The position numbers and the translations under genes were made by a program. A stretch of 64,000 nt of DNA, taken from positions 1,538 through 65,537 of the IMG/VR virus record IMGVR_UViG_3300012231_000010; one strand, written 5' to 3'. Source of the stretch: a virus (taxonomy: Duplodnaviria > Caudoviricetes). Under the pieces are notes generated by a model. That model was given only the letters and a program-made list of their open reading frames with translations, searched no databases and was not told the origin of the DNA. Positions 57,032 through 64,000 of this stretch are shown here, in pieces. The number at the start of each line of letters is the position of its first letter. The first letter of the stretch is position 1.

Positions 57032-57334
57032 ATGAAAACAACAATTAAGATTACAACAATCCATCCTGAAATCGGGTATACGTGCAATCTCGAAATTATC
57101 GAGCGAGCGCTTCGAGATCATTTTGGTTTTGACGATCACAGCTTTATGTTGCGCGCCGTCTCTGCTAGTATTTGGTCCCGGGTATGCGGCCAAGCTTGCG
57201 GGGACGTAGTATGGGGGTCACCTGAGGTCATACTGGCGCTTACTGAATGCCAAGCGCGATTGAATAAACTAGTGGAAGGCATGAAATGCACTCGTCCAGG
57301 TTGCGGGGTGTCGTATCCGCACACGCGGCATTGA
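57032..57334 (+). CDS. Hypothetical protein
   Basis: 100-aa ORF after promoter. Confidence 0.65.
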   Translation: MKTTIKITTIHPEIGYTCNLEIIERALRDHFGFDDHSFMLRAVSASIWSRVCGQACGDVVWGSPEVILALTECQARLNKLVEGMKCTRPGCGVSYPHTRH

Positions 57335-57340
57335 CCGGGG

Positions 57341-57405
57341 AATCCCCTAGAAAATAGTTGAAAATAATTTTTGACTTTACACCTGAACCAGACGATAATT
57401 TAAGC
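57341..57405 (+). promoter_or_regulatory. Class I promoter (leaderless) with upstream block shared with 55594 promoter
   Basis: tcccctagaaaatagttgaaaataattt-TTGACT-N17-GATAAT-N6-ATG. Confidence 0.85.
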
Positions 57406-58584
57406 ATGAATAAGACATTCAAGATATCGCCGGACCTGCTGGGGAAAGTCAAAGCCACCGTTGCCCGCTTAAACAAGCGCGCCGTCAAGCTGGGGGTGCC
57501 GCTGGTGTCGATGATCATTGGACCGTCCTCCCTGGTGCCCCAGGACAACGGCGGGGCGGTGTTGATGCACGAGGTCACTGTTGACCTGGAAGTCCCCAAG
57601 CTGCCGGATTGGCGCTTCCTGGCGACGCTGGAGCACACTGGCGAGGGTAACATTATCCGGGTGTTCCCTGGGGCCGGTGAAGTCTATCTCTCCGCATATC
57701 GCACCTGTGCCCCGAAGTGCGACCATTGCAACATCGACCGCAACCGCAAGGATACCTTCGTTGTGGAGCATATCAGCGGCGAGCGCAAGCAGGTCGGCCG
57801 GGACTGCCTGACGGACTTCCTGGGCCTGGGCAAGTCCGCCGCCGATGCTGCTGCTTATGCCGAGTATCTTTCTCAGCTCTCCGACTTCTCCGCGTTCCTG
57901 GAGGATCCTTCGGCCATTGGTGGCGACGGGGGCGGGTTTGGCGGCCGGGGTGATGGTGTCGGGACTCTTAATTTTCTTGGCTATGTCGCGGAGTGCGCGC
58001 GCCGCTGGGGCTTCAGGACGCGCAAGCAGGCTGAGGAGTCCATGACTACCAGCACCACGGAAGAGGCCCTCAGCGCCATGTTCCCGCCCAAGAATCGCCC
58101 CCGTAGTGAGTGCGTGGACCCTTCCGAGGAAGCCAAAGTAGAGGCCCAAGCCGCTCTTGCTTGGGCCCAGGCCATCGAGGTCAAGACTGATTTTGACCAC
58201 AACTTGCGGACTGTTGCCAAGGCGGAGTGCATTACTTTTCGGGATTGCGGCATCGCTGCTTACATCATCCAAGCCCATCGCCGCGCCCTGGAGATCCAAG
58301 TTGAACGCGCCGCCCGGCCGGTCTCGAAACACTTTGGAACGGTCGGCGTCCGCGTTAAGAAAGCCACGCTGGTTTACAAGGGATCGGCTTCCTTTGACTC
58401 CGCCTATGGCATCACGTTCATTCACCGCCTTCTGACCCCCGAAGGCGATCAAGCCATCTGGAAAACCGGCAACGGCTTGAATGTTGACGCCGGGACTGAG
58501 TTGACGGTTGACTACACGGTCAAAGAGCACGGCGAATGGAAGGGCAACCTTCAGACCGCCATAACCCGGGTGAAAGTATTATGA
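57406..58584 (+). CDS. Conserved phage protein with Zn-finger and C-terminal OB-like domain
   Basis: CDHC...RKDTFVV...QVGRDCLTDF; C-terminal HFGTVG...WKTG...VKEHGEWKG..QT.ITRVK. Confidence 0.65.
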   Translation: MNKTFKISPDLLGKVKATVARLNKRAVKLGVPLVSMIIGPSSLVPQDNGGAVLMHEVTVDLEVPKLPDWRFLATLEHTGEGNIIRVFPGAGEVYLSAYRTCAPKCDHCNIDRNRKDTFVVEHISGERKQVGRDCLTDFLGLGKSAADAAAYAEYLSQLSDFSAFLEDPSAIGGDGGGFGGRGDGVGTLNFLGYVAECARRWGFRTRKQAEESMTTSTTEEALSAMFPPKNRPRSECVDPSEEAKVEAQAALAWAQAIEVKTDFDHNLRTVAKAECITFRDCGIAAYIIQAHRRALEIQVERAARPVSKHFGTVGVRVKKATLVYKGSASFDSAYGITFIHRLLTPEGDQAIWKTGNGLNVDAGTELTVDYTVKEHGEWKGNLQTAITRVKVL

Positions 58585-58760
58585 GCGAACCATCCTTTGA
58601 GATTTGGAAAAAACAGGCGGTGCGATTGACGGATTTGCAACTTGAGCGCCATTGCCGTGTGGCCCGCCTGGAAGGCGCGGAGCGGTGCAAGTCTTGTTTT
58701 TGCTGCGCCGCCGAGGAAGTCTTGAATGAAAGAAAGGGCAAAAGTAATGAACGACCTTAA
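58581..58760 (+). CDS. Small hypothetical protein
   Basis: CKSCFCC motif, coupled overlap. Confidence 0.55.
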   Translation: MSEPSFEIWKKQAVRLTDLQLERHCRVARLEGAERCKSCFCCAAEEVLNERKGKSNERP

Positions 58761-59205
58761 CGAAATGATTAAACAGAATGGTGCTGACCCCAAAGCGGGA
58801 ACCCACATCGAGTGCCCTGGTGACCGCCATGCACGGCTTTTCTATCTGAGTGTGCGGTCCTTCCCGGCGGTGTGGCAAGGGCGCGATGGGCCCATCCCGT
58901 ATGGGACGCCGGGCCGCTGCCGCCCCATTTGCTGGGGTGGGGGCGCGGAGGAATTTTTTCTATTTCATGAGGGCCCGGATACTGTTTTCCTGGGCGGAAT
59001 TTTCGTAGGCCCCCGCCTTCATGAAAGGGTTTTTGTCCCCGCGTGGGGTCGAACGCTGCATGATATGCTGGCGCTGGATCCGGAACCCGTGCCATGCGAC
59101 TCGGACCCAATCACCAATTACCAATTACCGTCCGCCGAGGACCTTGTGCAGTTGGCCCACGTATTTGGCAACCGCCCAACTAACACCCATCCACCGTCCT
59201 GCTAA
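58747..59205 (+). CDS. Hypothetical protein
   Basis: 152-aa ORF. Confidence 0.5.
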   Translation: MNDLNEMIKQNGADPKAGTHIECPGDRHARLFYLSVRSFPAVWQGRDGPIPYGTPGRCRPICWGGGAEEFFLFHEGPDTVFLGGIFVGPRLHERVFVPAWGRTLHDMLALDPEPVPCDSDPITNYQLPSAEDLVQLAHVFGNRPTNTHPPSC

Positions 59206-59226
59206 CATTCAACCCATAAATAATTT

Positions 59227-59313
59227 ATGACTGGAATCGAACTTCTCTTAATCTTTGTCGCCGCCGGGGTCGGTTGTCTTATCGTCCGGGATGTGATTGA
59301 CAGGCTGTTTTAA
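59227..59313 (+). CDS. Small hydrophobic peptide (28 aa)
   Basis: MTGIELLLIFVAAGVGCLIVRDVIDRLF; read manually. Confidence 0.35.
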   Translation: MTGIELLLIFVAAGVGCLIVRDVIDRLF

Positions 59314-59324
59314 TGGTGCATATT
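59297..59324 (+). promoter_or_regulatory. Class II-like promoter heading the lipoprotein-FN3 block
   Basis: TTGACA-N16-CATATT. Confidence 0.5.
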
Positions 59325-59367
59325 ACCTCGAACGGTAAATATCAACCAACAACGAAAGAAAACACCC

Positions 59368-59802
59368 ATGAAAAAAATCCTCCCCATCCTCCTTGCCGCC
59401 GTGCTGCTTGCCACCGGCTGCGCCACATCGGACCCCAACGCCCCGCGCGATCCCGTTAAGATCGAGCAAGTCAAGGCCGCTGTGACTCCGCTCGTGTCCG
59501 CCGGAATCCGTCGCGTGCTTGTGGAGCGCCCCAACCTGGAGCCGTATTTCGTCCAGGTCCAAGGCGTGTTCGAAACGATTCGCGACACCGGTCAATTCGA
59601 CCCGTCGTTTCTGGTGGCCCAGTTGAACCTGATCCCGCTGGACGACGAAATCGCTATTGACGTGAAGAACCTGGTGATTGCGCTGTATTCGATTTACTAC
59701 GCCGACCGGGCCAGGATCGAAGTGGGCAGCTTCGCCGATGTTGCCGATGTGTTTGCGCGCGGTATCGCCCAGGCAATCGTGGATTATCACGCCACCCGAT
59801 GA
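59368..59802 (+). CDS. Lipoprotein
   Basis: MKKILPILLAAVLLATGC lipobox. Confidence 0.75.
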   Translation: MKKILPILLAAVLLATGCATSDPNAPRDPVKIEQVKAAVTPLVSAGIRRVLVERPNLEPYFVQVQGVFETIRDTGQFDPSFLVAQLNLIPLDDEIAIDVKNLVIALYSIYYADRARIEVGSFADVADVFARGIAQAIVDYHATR

Positions 59803-60020
59803 AACTCAAAAGATTCCCGGAGTGCAACTACCCGAGAAGCGGCAGAGAAGGGACACCGGCGTATGTTGATGATGCAAACGAGGTTGTCATTATTCGGTGG
59901 TCTTTGTCCTGGTGGGAGCGATTGCTTGCCCTATTCACGGGCTCAGTATGGCATCGGCTTGAGGGCCGGGGCTATCCGCTCGGCAACATCAGCATGACCG
60001 TAAAGAAGCCCATATTGTGA
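59799..60020 (+). CDS. Hypothetical protein
   Basis: 73 aa; WSLSWWERL...GSVW motif. Confidence 0.6.
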   Translation: MKLKRFPECNYPRSGREGTPAYVDDANEVVIIRWSLSWWERLLALFTGSVWHRLEGRGYPLGNISMTVKKPIL

Positions 60021-60298
60021 GACGCTTCTTGCCCATAATCCTCGCGCTGTTTGTCTTCTGGCAGTATGAAGAAAACTGCCAGGACCGGCTCGAAATCAAA
60101 ACCGATTTGAACAAGGGGCCTTGGATAAAAGTCCAGGGTCCCTATTCAATCCGCAACGGTCAATACGTTGTGGAAATTCCAAACCAAACCGTGGCTGGTT
60201 CCCCTCGCTTTTTCTTTCGCGTAGTGCGAGAGTGGGGTGACCCCTGGACTCCGCTTGGGGACTGGCCAGACCTAAAGAAAGCTGAACCAATACCATGA
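60017..60298 (+). CDS. Secreted/membrane small protein
   Basis: Signal-like N-terminus MRRFLPIILALFVF. Confidence 0.55.
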   Translation: MRRFLPIILALFVFWQYEENCQDRLEIKTDLNKGPWIKVQGPYSIRNGQYVVEIPNQTVAGSPRFFFRVVREWGDPWTPLGDWPDLKKAEPIP

Positions 60299-60645
60299 CA
60301 AAGTTCTTATCCATACTCGCCCTGCTTGTGCTCACCGTTACCGCTAACGCGGTCACCGCTCGACTCGCCTGGGATGCCAACCCGCCCGAGGATAACGTTA
60401 TCGGCTATCGGCTGTATACGTCCACCGTGGACGGCGATTACACAAACGCCCAGGTGATACAGCTTGGCAATGTCACTACTGGCGTTGTCACTGATCTGTT
60501 GCCGGGCAACACATATCACTTCGTTGTCACCGCTTACAATTCGGTCGGCGAAAGTGGGTTCTCCTCCCAGGCGTCCTTGTCCCTGCCGCTGAAGCCGGGT
60601 CCGCCGGTTCAATTGCGGATCGGCACCTTCACACCGCTTCCGTAA
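60295..60645 (+). CDS. Secreted FN3-domain protein
   Basis: Signal peptide; ARLAWDANP...VIGYRLY...YHFVVTAYNSVGESGFS. Confidence 0.85.
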   Translation: MTKFLSILALLVLTVTANAVTARLAWDANPPEDNVIGYRLYTSTVDGDYTNAQVIQLGNVTTGVVTDLLPGNTYHFVVTAYNSVGESGFSSQASLSLPLKPGPPVQLRIGTFTPLP

Positions 60646-60667
60646 AACGCCGAGGGGCGCTAGGTAT

Positions 60668-60696
60668 ATCCCCGGGCAGGACACCGGGGATTTTTT
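60668..60696 (+). terminator. Intrinsic terminator
   Basis: ATCCCCGG/CCGGGGAT stem plus T-run. Confidence 0.8.
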
Positions 60697-60700
60697 CTAA

Positions 60701-60744
60701 AAATAGTTTTTGACTTTTGAATCTGCGTGAACGATATTAATGGC
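60701..60744 (+). promoter_or_regulatory. Class I promoter (leaderless)
   Basis: aaatagttt-TTGACT-N17-GATATT-N6-ATG. Confidence 0.85.
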
Positions 60745-61020
60745 ATGAATAACATTGAAAAATTCAAATTGGAATACGCGAAGCAGCTTGCGGCGGCACT
60801 GGCCGCTTACCCCGGGGATTACGGTTTCAACCCTGAGGGTTTGCCAAGTGTTACTGCGCGCATGCACGCGGCCATTGACCAGGGCACCTATAACCACGAT
60901 GGCCGGGCCTTCAAGGGCACCTGCAAGGCGCTTGGCATCAAGCATACCAGGAAAGCCATTGAGCAGTTCATCCGGGACCCGCTCGCGAGCCACTACGAAA
61001 ACCGCCCTCAGGAACTTTAA
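60745..61020 (+). CDS. Hypothetical protein
   Basis: Start re-called after promoter. Confidence 0.7.
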   Translation: MNNIEKFKLEYAKQLAAALAAYPGDYGFNPEGLPSVTARMHAAIDQGTYNHDGRAFKGTCKALGIKHTRKAIEQFIRDPLASHYENRPQEL

Positions 61021-61022
61021 TT

Positions 61023-61448
61023 ATGGCTTGCCTAAAAAATAACGGGACTGAACTTCTCCGCATCGAGCGTTTCGGCGACCGGATCTCCGTCAGGAGCAAC
61101 GGGAAACTGCTGCGGGATATCGGGCAGGGCTGGAAGCGGTGGCGCTTGATTCCCCTTGGGACTAGCGCCCGGGACTGGGCTGCCGGGATGGCTAAACACA
61201 GGGATGAAGTCGATGCTCGGGGCGGCCCCCGTGTGGAGTTCCGGGACAAGATGATCAGTCTGTTTCCGCGCCTTAAGCAGCGCAACCGGGTTTGCCGCGC
61301 GCTGGAGCGGTGCGCGCGCAGCGGGGTTGATGCCGTGCTAGCCGATATTTTTTGGGACCGCCCGCCCAGGACCATGATTGAAATTTTGGTGCCGCTCTAC
61401 CTCAAGGCGGCCGCAACAGAACACAACTGCCCGCATGACAAGGAATAA
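61023..61448 (+). CDS. Hypothetical protein
   Basis: 141-aa ORF. Confidence 0.6.
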   Translation: MACLKNNGTELLRIERFGDRISVRSNGKLLRDIGQGWKRWRLIPLGTSARDWAAGMAKHRDEVDARGGPRVEFRDKMISLFPRLKQRNRVCRALERCARSGVDAVLADIFWDRPPRTMIEILVPLYLKAAATEHNCPHDKE

Positions 61449-61452
61449 TACA

Positions 61453-61686
61453 ATGAGACACCACGAAATACTAGATTCACAATTCAACTTGCGCGGGCAA
61501 GCCCTGCGTCACTATCAAAATTGGTTGTCGGGCTTCGAGGGCCACGATAAACGGATTCGCCGGGACCAGTTCAGGGGATCTGCCCTGAAGGGTTGGGATG
61601 CCTCTGCACTGGTCAGCCGCTTGAAGGAGGCTTATCCTCGCGTCGCCCTGTCTAACCGGCTCCCGTTCAAGTTTTCCACCCCCTAA
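61453..61686 (+). CDS. Hypothetical protein
   Basis: 77-aa ORF. Confidence 0.5.
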   Translation: MRHHEILDSQFNLRGQALRHYQNWLSGFEGHDKRIRRDQFRGSALKGWDASALVSRLKEAYPRVALSNRLPFKFSTP

Positions 61687-61707
61687 AAATCGCGCACCTT
61701 AATGGGT
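61673..61707 (+). promoter_or_regulatory. Class II promoter
   Basis: TTTCCA-N16-CACCTT-N7-ATG. Confidence 0.45.
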
Positions 61708-61941
61708 ATGAATACACGCGATCTTGGCATTGGGACATACGGAAAAGATGGACGCCCCCGGGTATCCGTGGGCAAGGGGTCCGCCCCGAGGAGTTGCTTC
61801 TCGCGGGAATATCGGGCGAACTTCGACAAGATCAACTGGGGAAAGAAAAAGCATCATGAACAGGTGGAAAACAGCGGCATTGTGGACGGGGGCGGCACTT
61901 CTGGGGTGGTTTGCGCCGGATCTACTGGGGTTACGGAATAA
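61708..61941 (+). CDS. Small phage protein
   Basis: GKGSAPR...YRANFDKINW motif common in phages. Confidence 0.55.
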   Translation: MNTRDLGIGTYGKDGRPRVSVGKGSAPRSCFSREYRANFDKINWGKKKHHEQVENSGIVDGGGTSGVVCAGSTGVTE

Positions 61942-62629
61942 TTCTAGACCGGAAACTTTCGCGTCAGCACCGGCGGTTGTCGATGTGTATACGGCCGCGC
62001 GGAGCTGCACCGTGCTGATCGACACAGAGACGAGCCAAGGCAGCGCCGTGCTGGTCCGCAAGACGGATTCCAAGGGTCGGGTTCATGTCTTTGCCTGGAC
62101 GGCATACCACGTTGTGGAAGGCGTGGAGAGCATCAAGGTCATCCAGGGGGAATATCTGGAGGGCTACCGAGTCGCTGAGTATTCCGCCCCGGCTTTTCTT
62201 CTAGCTTTTTCGGCGGAGGAGGACTTGGCTTTGCTGCTGGTTAATTACCCGGTTGCCCCGTGGAACGGATACGCTGACTTCATCCCCTGGCAGGAGTGCG
62301 CCATCGGAGACCCGGTCTTCCATGTGGGGAACCTGCGCGGGGACACCTATCCGGACTCCCTTACCTCCGGGATCCTGTCCCGGCTCAACGCGCACCCCAA
62401 CTTAGTGGACTGGCCCTGGCCATATCCGCTGGACCAGACGAGTTTGATTGCATACCCGGGCAGCTCGGGGGGCGGCATATTTAACGCGCAAGGCAAGTGC
62501 ATCGGCTTGCTCGTTGGGTCCGGCGGCCCCGGCATTTCATTCTTCGTCCCATCCCGGCGCATCCATGCCTGGGCGCGGAGTATCGGGATCGAATGGGCGG
62601 CCATTGGAAACTACTGTCCGGTTTTGTAA
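61856..62629 (+). CDS. Trypsin-like serine protease with N-terminal membrane anchor/signal
   Basis: AWTAYHVV (His), EDLALL (Asp), PGSSGGGIFN (Ser). Confidence 0.88.
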   Translation: MNRWKTAALWTGAALLGWFAPDLLGLRNNSRPETFASAPAVVDVYTAARSCTVLIDTETSQGSAVLVRKTDSKGRVHVFAWTAYHVVEGVESIKVIQGEYLEGYRVAEYSAPAFLLAFSAEEDLALLLVNYPVAPWNGYADFIPWQECAIGDPVFHVGNLRGDTYPDSLTSGILSRLNAHPNLVDWPWPYPLDQTSLIAYPGSSGGGIFNAQGKCIGLLVGSGGPGISFFVPSRRIHAWARSIGIEWAAIGNYCPVL

Positions 62630-62641
62630 TGCGAACACGTC

Positions 62642-62929
62642 ATGAAGCTGCGGGTTACAGAAAAAGTGTATCCGAGGTATCACAAACGGCGCGACCGTTT
62701 GGGCCGCAAGCTTCCTATCTTTTTCGGCGAGTGCGTGAAGGCCGAGGGGCGGATCTGGATACACAAGAATCTGCCGCAACGGTCCAGGCTTAATACTTTG
62801 CTGCATGAGGCGCTCCATTGTCTGGAGCCAGAATGGAGCGAAACCAAGGTGGATAAGCGGGCAAGCCAGCTCTGCAAGCTGCTGTGGAAACAGGGCTACA
62901 GAAGGTTTGACCGAAAAAAGAACAAGTGA
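62642..62929 (+). CDS. Small zincin-like metallopeptidase
   Basis: GRIWIHKNL...LNTLLHEALHC (HExxH). Confidence 0.7.
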   Translation: MKLRVTEKVYPRYHKRRDRLGRKLPIFFGECVKAEGRIWIHKNLPQRSRLNTLLHEALHCLEPEWSETKVDKRASQLCKLLWKQGYRRFDRKKNK

Positions 62930-62962
62930 TAAACTGAATCATGAAACTGAAAGAAAAGAAAT

Positions 62963-63250
62963 ATGAATGCTGCATCTGAACTGTTTGACATTGGTGCCCG
63001 GACTCGAACAGCCCCGAAATCGTCCGAGGAATACGCGGCGCGCAAGATCCGGGGGATGAATGTCCACCAGCTCGCTAAGCTGGCGCGCCGGTTGCCCCGC
63101 CGGGCCCGGAAGGTGTCCTCCCTGCTCGGGGCTCTTCACAAGGAAAGCAAGTTCCGATCCCCACTGGCCGCCCAGGCTTTCGCGCTGAACGTGAAGCAAA
63201 GCATTCTGACTGAGGAAGGAATCCGACGTAATGCGCTCGCCCTTGACTAG
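62963..63250 (+). CDS. Hypothetical basic protein
   Basis: 95-aa ORF. Confidence 0.5.
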   Translation: MNAASELFDIGARTRTAPKSSEEYAARKIRGMNVHQLAKLARRLPRRARKVSSLLGALHKESKFRSPLAAQAFALNVKQSILTEEGIRRNALALD

Positions 63251-63419
63251 CTACCGGCTCGCGTTCTTCGAGTATCTGCGGCAGGCCCGGGAGGTTGAAT
63301 CCTATCGGGATAATGTCCGCGTGCTGCCCCGGGGTCGTTCCTGGAAGCCGCACCGGCCCACGCCACGTCCTAATCCCCCCCGCCTTCGGCTGGGCTATGG
63401 AGATACATGGCTAGCTTGA
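63231..63419 (+). CDS. Hypothetical protein
   Basis: 62-aa ORF bridging neighbours. Confidence 0.4.
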   Translation: MRSPLTSYRLAFFEYLRQAREVESYRDNVRVLPRGRSWKPHRPTPRPNPPRLRLGYGDTWLA

Positions 63420-63586
63420 CATGTGAGGAATGTGGTGTAGTCTTGAATGAGGGAAACGCTGGGAAGTGTTTCCTGTGTCAGCAAGTTGAGGATCGTTTAA
63501 AACCGTTTGTGTTTTTCGAAAATGAAGAATGGTATGTCTTATGGGAACAAACTTTGATACCCCGCCAGAAATCCCCAAGCTTTTGA
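63407..63586 (+). CDS. Small Zn-finger protein (59 aa)
   Basis: MASLTCEECG...KCFLCQ; read manually. Confidence 0.55.
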   Translation: MASLTCEECGVVLNEGNAGKCFLCQQVEDRLKPFVFFENEEWYVLWEQTLIPRQKSPSF

Positions 63587-64000
63587 TCGTTGGCTACGGT
63601 CGGCATGGGAAAGATTACGCCGCCGAATGTCTCTCTAGGATAACCCACCTGCGATATGGTGGGTCCACGTCCTGGGCAGCGCTGCCAGACATTGCCGAAG
63701 CCCAGGGAGTGCATCCCCAGGTGGCTTGGGAGCGGCGGCACCAGCATCGCACGTTTTGGTATGATATGTGCAACATCCTGCGGAGGGATGATCCGCTTAT
63801 TCTTGTCAAGCGGGTTCTCCGGAATGCCGACATGGTAGTCGGGATCCGGGACATTGCGGAGATCCAAGCTTGTCGGGCCAGCGGGATCTTCAAGCACATC
63901 CTCTGGGTTGATGCCTCTGAGAGGTTGGGCCCCGTGGTGGACAGCACTGTGACCTTCGGGCCGGAACACTGTGACGCCATCTTGAATAATAACAGCACCA
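63541..64000 (+). CDS. Deoxynucleoside monophosphate kinase-like P-loop protein (3' truncated)
   Basis: Manual translation from ATG 63541: LLIVGYGRHGKDYAAE...VVGIRD..E...ILWVDAS; no stop before window end, so absent from ORF track. Confidence 0.75.
   Translation, partial: MGTNFDTPPEIPKLLIVGYGRHGKDYAAECLSRITHLRYGGSTSWAALPDIAEAQGVHPQVAWERRHQHRTFWYDMCNILRRDDPLILVKRVLRNADMVVGIRDIAEIQACRASGIFKHILWVDASERLGPVVDSTVTFGPEHCDAILNNNST

Noticed and set aside
53889-57405. Repeated MKI(I/L)FD N-termini in the ORF track (53889, 55594, 57358) as a shared peptide leader
   Set aside because: Artefact of TTG starts inside the conserved promoter block; true starts are 48 nt downstream
57469-58530. 353-aa - strand ORF (likewise 42250..43455, 45701..46639, 14296..15084 and other long antisense ORFs)
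   Set aside because: They overlap better-supported genes on the opposite strand that have promoters, motifs and coupled starts
62907-62979. TTGACC-N17-TAAACT-N5-ATG followed by 12-aa ORF MKLKEKKYECCI as a leader peptide
   Set aside because: Promoter-like geometry is plausible, but the peptide is too short and unsupported to report as a feature
63417-63445. TTGACA-N16-TAGTCT promoter-like match
   Set aside because: Lies inside a credible Zn-finger ORF, and the following ATG opens only a short frame

Overview
This window is about 64 kb of a tailed dsDNA bacteriophage genome (GC-rich, standard genetic code), truncated at both ends. There is no sign of host chromosome, CRISPR array or IS element. 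Layout: (1) 1-5.8 kb, + strand: replication and transcription genes (family A DNA polymerase C-terminus, primase-helicase, phage sigma-70-like factor, RuvC-like resolvase, metallophosphoesterase). (2) 5.8-41.1 kb, - strand: virion morphogenesis with podovirus-like organisation (terminase, portal, scaffold, major capsid, collagen-like fibres, glycosyltransferases, tail tube/adaptor proteins, GNAT, ejection proteins, and a 2658-aa polyvalent protein). (3) 41.1-51 kb, - strand: a five-member tRNA array, serine recombinase, nucleotidyltransferase, RNA ligase, Acb2/Tad1-like protein, FN3 proteins and a probable small terminase. (4) 51.3-64 kb, + strand: small early-type genes. The main observations not explained by routine annotation are: two CCA-ending tRNA-like genes with remodelled D-loops, T-loops and anticodon loops inside the tRNA array; a promoter-headed ~195-nt non-coding RNA ending in a tRNA-like T-arm/acceptor/CCA; two distinct promoter classes, mostly producing leaderless mRNAs; an FLP-motif-delimited modular giant protein; a possible fibre-glycosylation system; and a translationally coupled 40-aa micro-ORF. 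All protein family calls come from motif recognition by eye; no searches were run.
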